From Felis catus (Eukaryota), in the NCBI RefSeq assembly GCF_018350175.1, contig NC_058368.1:32862001-32926000 (forward strand): DNA of 64,000 bases. The letters are read 5' to 3'. This document shows, piece after piece, positions 1 through 11,776 of the stretch (positions are counted from its first letter, which is position 1; each line of letters begins with the position of its first letter). Made by a program: the position numbers and the translations under genes. The notes under the pieces were generated by a model, which saw nothing but the letters and a program-made list of their open reading frames with translations, was not told where the DNA came from and ran no database searches.

Positions 1-36
1 GAGATTCTTCTGAGGGGAATTCTTCCGCTTGGTCAT
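1..36 (-). CDS. L1 ORF1p N-terminus (partial, MTKRKNSPQKNL...)
   Basis: Reverse complement of 1-36 is open from the ATG at 36. The basic N-terminus resembles carnivore L1 ORF1p, and it lies directly downstream of the L1 5'UTR. Confidence 0.8.
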   Translation of the reverse strand, partial: MTKRKNSPQKNL

Positions 37-957
37 TTTGGATAGTCCCTGGCATGGTGAGGACCTGCAGGGCACTTCCCCTGTGCTGTGGTGTATAACT
101 GGAGTTGGTGGGCGGGGTCGCAGTCAGACCTAATGTCTGCCCCCAGCCCACAGCTGGGGCCATAGTCAGACTGGTGTGTGCCTTCTCTTCCCCTCTCCTA
201 GGGGCGGGATTCACTGTGGGGTGGTGTGGCCCGTCTGGGTTACTTGCACACTGCCAGGCTTGTGATGCTGGGGATCTGGCGTATTAGCTGGGGTGGGTAG
301 GCAAGTTGCATGGGGGCAGGAGGGGCAGGCTTAGCTCACTTCTCCTTAGGTGATCCACTTCAGGAGGGGCCCTGTGGCAGTGAGAAGGAGTCAGATCCGC
401 TGCCGGAGGTTTGGCTCTGCAGAAGCACAGAGTTGGGTGTTTGCTGGGAGCCAGCAAGTTCCCTGGCAGGAACTGGTTCTCTTTGGGATTTTGGCTGGGG
501 GATGGGCGGGGGAGATGGTGCTGGTGAGCGCCTTTGTTCCCCACCAACTGAGCTCTGTTGCCCTGGGGCTCAGCAGCTTTCCCTCCCTTTGTCCTCCAGC
601 CTTCCCGCTTTCTGAGCAGAGCTGTTAACTTATGACCTCCCAGACGCTAAGTCGAGCTTGTTGTGGGAACACAGTCCGTCAGGCCCCTCCGCTTTTGCAA
701 GCCAGCCTCGGGGGCTCTGCTTGGCCAGCGAGCTGCCCCTCCGCCCCGGCTCCCTCCCGCCCGTCTGTGGAGCTCGCACCGCCTCGCCGCCCTTCCTACC
801 CTCTTCCGTGGGCCTCTCGTCTGCGTTTGGCTCCGGCGACTCCGTTCTGCTAATCCTCTGGCGGTTTTCTGGGTTATTTAGGCAGGTGTAGGTGGAATCT
901 AAGTGATCAGCAGGACGTGCGGTGAGCCCAGCGTCCTCCTAAGCTGCCATCTTGCCG
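1..957 (-). mobile_element. Young carnivore/feline LINE-1: intact 5'UTR plus ORF1 start; element continues off the left edge
   Basis: Minus strand begins ..GGCAAGATGGC (YY1 motif, 946-954), followed by a CpG-rich ~920 bp UTR and then ATG ACC AAG CGG AAG AAT TCC CCT CAG. The minus-strand 5' flank TTT/AAAAAGAAAATAT fits the L1 endonuclease TT/AAAA target. Confidence 0.9.
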
Positions 958-974
958 ATATTTTCTTTTTAAAG

Positions 975-3245
975 ATAAAAGTTACCAAGACTGAATGAGG
1001 AAGAAGTAGAAAATCTGAAAAGACCAATAATGAGAAAAGAGATTGAATCAGTAGTTTAAAATTTCCCAAGAAAGAAAACCCCAGGACCAGATGGCTTCAC
1101 TGGTGAATTACAGCAAACATTTAAGAAGATTTAATGCCAATCCTTCTCAAATGCTTCCAAAAAAAAATTGAAGAGAAGGGAATACTTCCAAACTCATTTT
1201 GCAAGCTTAGTATTACCCTAAGCCAGGTAAAGATGCCACAAGAAGATAAAACTATAGGCCAATATCCCTGATGAATATAGATACAAAATACTAGCAAACT
1301 GAATTAAAAAACACAGGAAAAGGATTATATACATGATCAAGTGGGATTTATCCTTAGGATGCAAGGATATTTCAGTATACGCAAATCAATAAATGTGATA
1401 TAATTCATTAATAGTATGAAATACAAAAGTCATGTGATCATGTCAATAAATGCAGTAAAGCATTTGACAAAATACAGCACTCTTTTTTTTTAAGTTTATC
1501 TATTTATTTTGAGAGAGTAGGAGAGAGAGAGAGTGGGGGAGGGGAAGAGAGATAGAATCCTAAGCAGGCTCTGCACTGATAGTAGTATTTTATGGGGCTC
1601 GAACCCACAAACTGTGAGATCATGTCCTAAGCTGAAATTCAGTCAGACACTTAACCAAGTGAGCCACCCCCCCCAACATTCTTTCATGATTGAAACTCTC
1701 AATAAATTACATATAGAAGGGATGTAGCTCAATATAATAAAGGCTACATTCCACAAACGCACAATTAGCATCATATTCAATAGTTAAAAACAGAAATCTT
1801 TTTTTCTATGAGGAACAAGATGAAGGTAATCATTCTTAACAGTCCTGATTCAACATAGTACTGGGAGTCCTAGCCAGAGCATTAGGCAAGACAAATAAGT
1901 CATACAAATCAGAAAGGAAGAAGTACAATTGTCAGTATTTGAAGATGATATGATCTTATATTTGGAAAATCCTAAAGACTCAACACAGAAACTTAGAACC
2001 AATCAATGATTTCAGTACGTTTTCAGGATATAAAATCAACCTATTGCCTTGCTGCATACTAACAGTGAAACATCTGAAAAAGAAAGAAAGGAAACTATCC
2101 CATTCATAATAACATCAAAAACAATATAGTACTTAGGAATAAATTTAACCAAGGCAGTGAAAGACCTGTGCAATTAAAACTCTGAGACTTTGATGAAAGA
2201 AATTGAAGAAAACAAATGGAAAGATATTCCATGTTTATGAATTGGAAGAGTTAATATTTTTTCAAATATTATGCCAACCAAAGGTATCTATCCACTCAAT
2301 GCAACCCTTATCAAAATTCCGATGGCATTTTTCACAGAAATAGAAAAATCAATCCTAAAAATTATGGGGAACTATGAAAGACCCCAAATAACTAATGCAG
2401 TGCTGAAGAAGTAAGACGAACCAGAGACATCACAGTTTCTGCTTTCAAACTATACTACAAAGCCATGGTAGTTAAAACGGTATGATACTGACATAAAAAT
2501 AGATGCATATTTGAAGGGACCAAAATAGAAAGCCCAGACATAGACACTTACATATATGTTCAACTAATATTAGACAACAGAGCTAAAAACACTCAATGGA
2601 GGAAGGATAGTCTCTCCTACAAATGATGCTGGGTAACTTGGTAAACACATGCAGAAAAAAGAAGTCAAACCCCTATTTTATACTACTCACAAACATTAAC
2701 TTGAAATGGATCAAAGACTTAAACAAAACACATGATAATGGAAAATTCCTAAACATAAAACATAGGCAGCAGCTCCTTGGCCTTGGAATAGGTAGTGATT
2801 TTGTTTTTTTGTTTGTTTTTTTTTGGATGTAACATCGAAAGCTCAGGCAACAAAAGGAAATATAAACAAGTAGAACTATATCAAACTAAAAATTGTCTGC
2901 AAAGCAAAAGAAACAGTTGACAAAATGAAAAGGGAACATGTAGAGTAGAGAAAACCATATATCTGATATGGGGTTAATATCCAAAATATATGAAGAGCTC
3001 ATACAGCTCAATATCAAAAAGACAAATAATGTGATTTTTAAAAAAATGGGCTGAAGAATTAAGAAGACATTTTTCTAAAGACTATAATCAGATGGACAAG
3101 AGGTAAATGAAAAGACACTCAGCATCACTAATCATTAAAGAAAAGCAAATGAAAACCACAATGAGGTATCACCTCTTACCTGTTTAGAATGGATCTTATC
3201 AGAAAGACTAGAGATAAGTGTTTGTGAGGATATAGAGATAAGGGA
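975..3245 (+). mobile_element. Older degraded L1 ORF2 fragment (RT to C-terminal region)
   Basis: Translates to L1 ORF2 motifs LPRLNEEEVENLKRPI, KTPGPDGFTGE, NYRPISLMNID, HDQVGFI, FEDDMILYLENPKD; many stops and frameshifts. Confidence 0.92.
1482..1672 (-). mobile_element. Can-SINE inserted in the old L1
   Basis: T-rich tail, (GA)n tract and GGGGCTCGAACCCAC B-box region; degenerate TSD cagcactcttt/caacattcttt. Confidence 0.85.
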
Positions 3246-3850
3246 AGAAGATTTTTCTTATTAAAATTTGAGAAGGCTTTGGATGAGTTGCATTTTAAGA
3301 TCTCTGTATCTGGCATGATATCAAACTAGGCATAGAAGTAGTTCAGCTATATCTTAGTTTCCAAATGAATAATAGAAATGATAAAACACCATTCCTAATC
3401 CACAGTGTAAAAAAAGTATTAGTTTTCTTTCAATCTAGAATAACAGTAATATTAAAAGTATTAATAGTCCAGGGAAATAAAAACAAGAACTTCTAAATAG
3501 TGAAATAGATGTCATACTCTGGGGAGTGATTTCTAGATTCTAGAAATTGTCCTAACTCATACCTGGAAATACTCAGAGTAGGATGTAGCTTTCAATATAG
3601 CTGTCCAGTACAAAATAGTTCAGCAGCTGAGGCCAGTGTAGTTATAGGAAAGCTGCAATTTCTGGGCGTCTCGGGTAAAAATGTATAATATAATCTGTTT
3701 ATCTGGTCATGTGTTTGTGGGATGAGAGACATCTGGGAAAATAGTGTAACTCATGAACAACTGCCATGAAACTTAAACTGAACTTTTATTTAATATATGA
3801 GTGCTTACCAGATAAAATCTTTTTGCTTGAGGTATTAGACATGGTTTACC

Positions 3851-3982
3851 TAGGGTAAATATATATTGATCCTACAAAAGAGTACACTTAGGAGTGTGAA
3901 AGGGGTGCTAACTGGATGGACAGTAGGAGAACTGGCATAAAACAGGATGGTTGGCAGCAAACTTGAAGATTGGGTCACCCAA
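3851..3982. mobile_element. MER94/MER81-like hAT-Blackjack MITE
   Basis: Ends TAGGGTAA...GGTCACCC with internal GTGAAAGGGG and GGCATAAAAC resembling the MER94 consensus; ~130 bp. Confidence 0.5.
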
Positions 3983-4017
3983 ATGGTAAGATATCACAAG
4001 ATTTCTTGCATTGTATG

Positions 4018-4249
4018 TTTTTTTAATTTTTTTAATGTTTATTTATTCTTGAGAGAGAGAGACAGACAGAGCATGAGTGGTGGAAGGGCAGAGAGAGAGA
4101 GGGAGAGGGAGACACAGAATCTGAAGCAGGCTTCAGACTCTGAGCTGTTAGCACAGAGCCCGACGACGCGGGGCTTGCACTCACAAGCCATGAGATCACT
4201 ACCTGAGCTGAAGTTGGATCCCCAACTGAGTGAGCCACCCAGGTACCCC
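4018..4249 (-). mobile_element. Can-SINE (SINEC_Fc-type)
   Basis: Full SINE layout on the minus strand; TSD tgtatgttttt. Confidence 0.93.
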
Positions 4250-4430
4250 TGTATGTTTTTCGACCAAAAAATATTGCTAGCTCACTGAAAAGAAGACACA
4301 TTTTTAGAGTGTCTTATTTCCTTTTTAGTTACAGGCTCAGAGAAGTATGAATTCAATAAATATTTGCTGAATGAATTGACGAATAAATAAAGGAATGAAT
4401 ATCCTTAGTTTGTCTCTGAACCTTCCTTTT

Positions 4431-4505
4431 GTCAAAATTACTATACAAAAATGTATAAAGGAAATGAGTCAAAATTACTGTACAAAAATGTATAAAGGAA
4501 ATGAG
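4431..4505. repeat. 37-bp tandem duplication (2 copies, 1 mismatch)
   Basis: GTCAAAATTACT(A/G)TACAAAAATGTATAAAGGAAATGA at 4431 and 4468. Confidence 0.95.
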
Positions 4506-5366
4506 AAGCTCTACAAAAAAAGTAGAACACCATAATTATAGCTCAAAAGAAATTAGAGGAAAACTAGAAAATGCTTTGTAATTTACACCTACGTTAACTG
4601 TGAATGTTAACAGATTAGCTATTCCATTTTTATTCACATAAATAAAAAATGATTTAAATTATTAATTATGCTAAGATTAACTAAAAAAGAAAGAATACTG
4701 GTTCGTAGCTAACTATAACGTTTTGACATAAAATGTAGTAAAATTTCTAACTTCAATCTTCCTATTATGTAAAAATGGAACTTTAAAGTAATGTCATAAT
4801 AGTTACTAATTCTTTTGGAATTAATTATGGAATTAATCATCGTAGTATGACTCTCATTAGTACCACATTTGTGATATTTGGCATACACTATCACATTTGT
4901 TAAATTACCTTGAATATTTAATTAATTGATGTGATTATATAACTTTTGCCCTTTATATAAGTCAGAGTAAAAACATTATTTGTAGGTCTTTAGTTGCAAT
5001 TGAATATATATTTTAAGGAAAATCATGAAATATGAGACATAATAAATCTAAATAAGACATAGATCACTTGTGATGAAGAATGAAAATTTATTTTTAAAGT
5101 GCTTCTGGAAGAAATAGTTTTTGTGTTGTTTATATAATAAACATATTTGTGTGTTGTTTATATAGTAAACATATTAAAAATGATTTTCTATCTTTTTTGA
5201 GAATTAACCAATTATGTAGGGTAATATTCTTCTTTACAGATGGTAATATACCCATAATAACATCTGCTAGCATACAGTTTAATAGAGTATATATGGGGGA
5301 AACAGGGAAAGCATGGATTGATGATTTACATTGCTGCAATTAAGTAATAAATATGTGTTGTGTGGT

Positions 5367-5581
5367 GGGGCGTCTGGGTGGCTCAGTCAGTTGAGTATCC
5401 AACTTCAATTCAGCTCAGGTCATGATCTCACTGTCTGTGAGTTCAAGCCCCGCATTGAGCTCTGTGCTGACAGCTCAGAGCCTGGAGGCTGCTTCGGATT
5501 CTGTGTCTCCCTCTCTGTCTGCCCCTCCCTGACTCAGGCTCTGTCTCTCTCTCTCTGTCAAAAATAAATAAACGTTAAAAA
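5367..5581 (+). mobile_element. Can-SINE (SINEC_Fc-type)
   Basis: GGGGCGTCTGGGTGGCTCAGTC head, CT tract, AATAAA tail; 17-bp TSD aaatatgtgttgtgtgg. Confidence 0.95.
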
Positions 5582-5863
5582 AAATATGTGTTGTGTGGCT
5601 AAAACAAATATAGGGAGGAAGATAAGGAGGAAAGAGGTGAAATTAGAATGAGAGCAATAGAGATGGGTCAACTTTGAAGTAGAAATAAGATGAAGAAGAA
5701 ATTAAAGGTAAGTACATAATGATTAATGGCAGGGAATAATCAGTAGGGACAGTGAGACAAATTTGAGGTGCTAAAAAGAGAGTAAAACTTACAAAGGCAT
5801 TTGAATTATTGTTTATGGAGTTTTAATAAAATTATTTAGCTCCAGAGTTGGAAAAATGGGCCA

Positions 5864-6086
5864 TTTTTTTTAAATTTTTTTTTCAACGTTTATTTATTTT
5901 TGGGACAGAGAGAGACAGAGCATGAACGGGGGAGGGGCAGAGAGAGAGGGAGACACAGAATCGGAAACAGGCTCCAGGCTCCGAGCCATCAGCCCAGAGC
6001 CCGACGCGGGGCTCGAACTCATGGACCGCGAGATCGTGACCTGGCTGAAGTCGGACGCTTAACCGACTGCGCCACCCAGGTGCCCC
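5864..6086 (-). mobile_element. Young SINEC_Fc
   Basis: CpG-rich, with diagnostic GGCGCAGTC and CAGCCAGGTCACG on the minus strand; TSD tgggccattttt. Confidence 0.96.
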
Positions 6087-6349
6087 AGTGGGCCATTTTT
6101 ATATGTCATTTCCAGTTGGGAACAAGTCACTGAGCGTTGGTAGTTTATTTTTCATTGAAAGGGAGAGGTAGTGATGAGAAGTGAGAGACTATTTTCATCC
6201 TAGAAAATAGATGGAAGAGAAAACTAGATTAAGAAAATGTCCCTATATATAAAGTGTACATGCTTTTGAAGAAGTAGAAAATATAGTGGCGAGTAGTACA
6301 TATTTAGACAAAACTAACTATAGTCTTGTTGCAGGATGGCATTATGTAT

Positions 6350-7250
6350 GCCATATTTGTTTTATAAAGTTTATTTGATTTATTCAGTACAATCAATTCA
6401 TTATGCCCACTTGATAAAGGAATGATTTAGGCTGAATAGTCTGTGATGGGAATATTCATAGCACTAGAATGGTCAAAGTTAACTGATTTTAATCTAAAAT
6501 CTGTCTCTAGAGATGAGCCACAATCCTGACCTGTTCTACTGATTTATCAGCTTCTTGGACAATGACATAAATAGCTTACTTCTGTAGTATAAGGGAGACA
6601 AGTAAGAGAGTGAGAGGGAGAGAGAGAGGAAGGGAGAGTGAGAATGTGTGAAGAGCTTTCAGCTAAAAATTATAATGTAAACTATGGGGAATGGTGTGAG
6701 ATGGCACTAGTTTTTGTTCCTGTATTTTTTAAAAAGGTGAGAAATTTAGTAGACTGTAAGTTTCAATATATATTAGCAGTAGGTCAAATTTGACACCCCA
6801 AAAGATGCTGCATGAGGAGCATTATTGATTTCAGGGAAAAAAAAACTCAAGATTGTCAGCAAAACTGTATAATATCTGTATTATAATATTTGGATATTAC
6901 ATTTTAATAAGGACATGATGACGTACAGGATACAGAGAAGAAAGAGATCTAGAGAGTATATAATAGAGGTGACTGGAGGCAATTAGTATGTCTAACTTTA
7001 TGTAAACTTCAAAAGTGAAACGATGGTTATATTTCAATACTTAAAATATGAAGGAGGCCTATATTTATTGCATGCATTTTGATTGAAATAATAAGAAGTA
7101 GTCATTGGAAATTAGTAAGGCACATTTCAACCACAGTATAAGGACCAACCAGGGCTGCTCCTGAATCATGAATTTCCCTGTCACATAAAGAATTTCCTCT
7201 TTGTGGAAGCCTTTATACAGTTTTGATGTTTATTTGCCAAAGATGTGATA
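6350..7250 (+). mobile_element. Degraded CR1/L3 LINE 3' portion
   Basis: Colinear L3-like segments: cctgacctgttctac...tttatcag...ttggacaatgacataaatagc (PVLF..FI..LD.DI.S), tagactgtaagtttcaatat, cattttaataaggacatga, gggctgctcctgaatcatgaatttccctgtcac. Confidence 0.6.
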
Positions 7251-7399
7251 GAGCAGATTCTTCCTCGGTTGTCTTATTTCTTATCTAATTTATCTTTGCC
7301 TAATTAGGCACCAGTAGGTGAAAATTTATGTAACAGCATGTGATTTCTTGAGATATTTAGGAGGGAGAATTTTTTAGATGAAACATTTCTAAGGAAGAA

Positions 7400-7731
7400 G
7401 AAAGAGGCTGTGATCTTTTCTCAGACCCATGTCATGGGCTTCTCACCTCCTACCTCAACATTTCTCTACGAACACAATGACCTGACTCACTCTAGGAATG
7501 CCCCTGCCCATACACGTACAGCGTATAAGGAGGGAGAAACACCTGGGATTCTTTTATTTTCTTTTCTCAAATTATTGAGTAACCAGTGGACCACAGAATT
7601 GGCCAACTCATCCTTGTGTTGGTTATCCCTTCTTCCTTGCTTTGCTTTCTCTTTCCTACAGAGTCTTAAACTCTTTTGTTCAGACCTAAGTTTTCTCTCT
7701 GGTTCCAGTGTAGGAAACATGGGCTAAGACA
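7400..7731 (+). mobile_element. ERVL LTR16/LTR40-group solo LTR fragment
   Basis: Ends in TAGGAAACATGGGCTAAGACA, typical of this LTR group. Confidence 0.55.
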
Positions 7732-7884
7732 GTTGCTACACATACCTAATCTATTCAGGTTTATCAAATGAACCTGGTTCTAAGGAAATACAATATGGGA
7801 TAATATTCTAATTGATAAAACTTGGGGATATTTCATGAGATTTTACATTATTTTTGCTTCGGTGCAGTTAAAAAAATCCTTTCT

Positions 7885-7982
7885 CTTTTTTTTTATTGAG
7901 GTATACTTGACATATAACATTATATTAGTTTCAGGTATGCAATATAATGATCAGATATTTGTATACATCACAAAATGATCAA
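7885..7982 (-). mobile_element. L1 3' end fragment
   Basis: Poly-T followed by ATTGAGGTATACTTGACATATAACATTATATTAGTTTCAGGT. Confidence 0.8.
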
Positions 7983-8786
7983 GTGGCAATTACTTTTAAT
8001 ATGTCCCTTGACATGAGAAATAGACCATGTAATGTACCTATCATAACAGTAACAATAGCAATGGTTTTGATAGTAATACCCAAGGAAGTATTTTATCCCT
8101 GTTTGCATTCTGTCAGAGTTTTACTGTAGATTTTAATTATGGATAAACAAGTAAGTGCTCTACTCTCTGGGAAGCTATATTTACGAAATCATTAGTTAGG
8201 GAAAGGTCACATATCCATCGTTACTTTATCTACTTATTTATATATTTATATGTTTATTTAATTATCAAATATTTATTATGTGTCTTCTATTTGCCAGAAA
8301 CAGTTTCAAATGCTAAAGCAGTTTTGATGTGTAAATGTAGAATAATGATTTTTCTTTAGTATTATCATCTGAAAAGAACACACTTCAAATGCATTACTCT
8401 GTGAATAAATATAGCGAACGCCTCCTCCCATCTCCACCCCTCGCCCTCAGTTTTTGGACCACTGATTGACTAAAATATCTACACCAGTGTTTGGTGGATG
8501 AATGCATAAAAATGTGAATGGAGATTGCTTAATTGAACAATTCTGACCTTTGAAGGAGTTTGTAAACTGTGTGAACAGGATTGTTTCAAACAGTTCTGTA
8601 GGATTACATACTTTCTCTAGAATTTATGTTGCTGGCAGTGAACACTGGTATAATGTGTTATTTGAATGATTATATTGAGCAACTACTAAGGTATTGGCCG
8701 TTTTGAGCATCAGCGAATGATATAGTGTTTACATTATTAAAAATACTTGTATGTAGGGACAACGTTATTTCTAAGGTGGGTCTGAA

Positions 8787-8990
8787 TATTAATCAGGGTT
8801 CCCCAGAGAAACAGAACCAATAGAACATACAGCTATAGGGAAAGAGATTTACTAGGAGGGATTGGCTCACACGATGATGGAGGCTGAGAAGGCCCATAAT
8901 CTGTCATCTGTGTCAAGGTAGAGGCACAGAAAAACCAATGGCGTTGTTTCCAGTATGAAAGCCTGAGAACCAGGGGAGCCAGCGATGAGA
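8787..8990 (-). mobile_element. MLT2 (ERVL) LTR fragment
   Basis: TCAGGGTTCCCCAGAGAAACAGAACCAATAG...GGCTCACACGATGATGGAGGCTGAGAAG matches the MLT2 3' end read in reverse. Confidence 0.8.
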
Positions 8991-9449
8991 CTAGTGTAAG
9001 CAAAAGTATTTTTTTTCATAGAGTAATGGCACAGTATCTCTTTTTTTTTTTTTTAAAGCTTCTCTTTATTTGGACTCACAGCAGAAACAAGAGTACACGT
9101 GCATTTAGATGATCCCTATTCCTATTATAGTTTTGAAGAATCTGATTCCAGAAAGATTTTGCATGTGGTAGAGGGAGTTAAGAGGGGGAAATAGCTCTAG
9201 CTGTCTGCGGCACAGAAGTATAAACTCGTCAGTCAGAAGATTGGTATTTTAGGGTATTTTCGAAACTCATATAAAAGTTATCAAGACCCTTAGTGATTCA
9301 CTGGCACGACACTAGATTGTCATCTATCCCCATATTCAGGTTTAACACACAAATTTACACAGGGGTGTATGACTTCATAGATCTCATTTAAAGTGAGCAT
9401 ATACACTTAAAAATATTGTTAACCCCAATACTACATTGTATTTAAAAAC

Positions 9450-9658
9450 ATTTTCTTAAACATTAATTTATTATTGAGAGACAGAGACGGGGCATGAACA
9501 GGGGAAGGGCAGAGAGAGGGGGAGACACAGAATCTGAAGCAGCCTCCAGGCTCTAAGCTGTGAGCATAGAGCCGGTCGCGGGGCTCAAACTCACAAACTC
9601 GAGATCATGACCTGAGCGGAAGTTGGAGGCTTCACCGACTGAGCGACCCAGGCGCCCC
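9450..9658 (-). mobile_element. Can-SINE (SINEC_Fc-type)
   Basis: Full SINE; TSD actacattgtattt. Confidence 0.93.
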
Positions 9659-9789
9659 ACTACATTGTATTTTTGATTTAAGATCTAGTAAATATAAATC
9701 TTAGGAATATTGCATTTATTACCTTAAACAGTATTTGCTTATTGTCCTGCCAGTTGGCAAACTCATTGTACTGGAGAAGGAAGTTGTAA

Positions 9790-10230
9790 GTGAGACTCAT
9801 TATCTTGTATTCATTATGAGAGAATAATTGTTATTGTGTTTGGTAAAAAGGGATTCCGACTTAGCACAGATCACCCATTTCTAGCCAACAGGGCCGTTTG
9901 CTGAAATAACTGCTTCTCTGTTCACTATTGCTTTTGTTGAGACCATCAGGATTTACTTTTTCTGAAGTGCCACTGCTGCATCTGGAAAGTGGATTTGGTT
10001 ATGCGGAGTTGTTCTGCCAGGTTTATTACCAAGTCTGGTTGCATACAAGTGGTGGTTGTTTCTGGATGATTGTGTCGATTCTGGAATGGTAGAATTGCAG
10101 CTCTTGGGAAACAGTCTTCAAGCAGGGTTTACATACAGAGGTTTTCCATAATGTACTAGCTATTTAGTCAATAATTGTGCATTTAAAAAATTAGAGCTTT
10201 TTATATTAATAGGAATATGCAAGCTATTGG
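9790..10230 (-). mobile_element. Putative decayed mariner-type transposase relic (HTH to first catalytic-motif region)
   Basis: One minus frame reads LEDCFPR...LAEQLRITKST...*W...TEKQL...SVLSRNPFLPNTIT....**IQDN, with spacing matching mariner LxDxPRSGRP...IAEKLxISxST...WVPHELTEKNL...SLLxRN...PFLxRIITGDEKWIxYxN. Confidence 0.45.
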
Positions 10231-10402
10231 GATTGTAGGAAACCAGATGCAGGCATCTATGCCGATGTTTAGGAAGACATGCTTGCAGGATTCTAGCAAG
10301 ACCTCTAAGACTGTTATGAAGCTTGAACAGCGTGCACTAAAATTGAAAGTCATTATTAAAAGTCCTAGAAAAATAAACACATTAAGAATTTTATACATGT
10401 TT

Positions 10403-10595
10403 GGGGCACCTGGGTGGCTCAGTTAAGTGTCTGACTCTTGATCTCAGCTCATGTCATGATTTCATGGTTCATGAGATCAAGCCCTACATTGGGCTCTGTG
10501 CTGACAATGCACAGAGAGGAATTCTCTCTCCCTCTCTCTCTGCCTGTCCCCTGCTCGCACTCTCTCCCTCTCAACATAAATAAATAAACAGCAAA
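10403..10595 (+). mobile_element. Can-SINE (older subfamily)
   Basis: GGGGCACCTGGGTGGCTCAG head, CT tract, (TAAA)n tail. Confidence 0.9.
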
Positions 10596-10639
10596 AATTT
10601 ATTGTATAGATATTCATTTTCCTCCTATTTCTCTTAGAT

Positions 10640-11280
10640 TTACCGTTATCCTCCTAGAAAGCCAGATGAGAAAACTCAGTTATTTTGTACTCATTCTTCC
10701 ACTTTTCCTTTTCTCCACCATGTTCAATAAATGCCAGTCCTTTGTGTGATCCTGTAAAATATCCGTGAAACATCTTAATTCATTTCATCACTGTTGTAAT
10801 ACATACTTTTAGCCTTTAATACTTTGACCATTTTATCCTTCCAACAGTTTTCCTTGCTTCCAAACTTTTCTCCTCAATCCATTCTTCATCCTGACACAAC
10901 AGTATCATTTTAGAATAAGAAATTCCCATGACATTGACCAATTGGAAAAAAAATGTTTTTTATTTCTTTAGTGATTTCAAAACAAAACACAAAATTCTTA
11001 GTACAGCCTGCAGCATTATAACTGATGTGACCGAAGACTACTTTCTGGCCTGCCTCTCATCCCAACCCTTGAGTAACTTAAATTCCAGTCACATCATCCT
11101 CCTCTCTTAAGACTATTTCAGCCTGGAGTAGCCTTCATCTCAGGATACAACTGTAAATCCTGCTCAGCTCAGTGGCATGCAGATCAAATACTCCACCTCT
11201 CCAATCTTCAAAGTAGCAGTTAATTTCCCCTTCCATTAGTAAATGGATATTATTTTTGTTCTGTCGTAATATGTATAGAT
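10640..11280 (+). mobile_element. L2 fragment
   Basis: L2-like segments ttccttgcttccaaacttttctcctcaatccattcttcat and aaaattcttagtacagcctgc; highly diverged. Confidence 0.55.
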
Positions 11281-11290
11281 ATTTGGTTAT

Positions 11291-11507
11291 TTTATTTTTT
11301 TGTGTGTTTATTTTTTGAGAGAGAGAGAGAGAAAGAGACAGAGCATGAGGGGAGGGGCAGAGGCAGAGGGAGACACAGAATCCAAAACAGGCTCCACGCT
11401 CTGAGCTGTCAGCACAGAGCCCAACACGGGGCTCGAACTCACAAACCGTGAGATCATGACCTGAGCTGAAGTTGGATGCTTAACTGACTGAGCCATCCAG
11501 ATGCCCC
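11291..11507 (-). mobile_element. Can-SINE (SINEC_Fc-type)
   Basis: Full SINE; TSD atatttggttatttt. Confidence 0.94.
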
Positions 11508-11776
11508 AATATTTGGTTATTTTAAAACGCTAGCCATCTCACTGATTTGCCAGTACTTCTAGAATAATAGAAAAAAATTAAATTTTGTTAAATAACTATT
11601 GTACAACAATAAGATTTATTATTATAAAATAATTGTAATAACGATATTTGTGTAATGTTGACTAAATTATAGAAGATATTTTAAACACTTTATATGTTAG
11701 TTCATTCAGTCATTACAGCCATAGTAAGACTTACTATTTATCCATGTTTTTCAGATGTGGAAAACTAGAAGTATGG

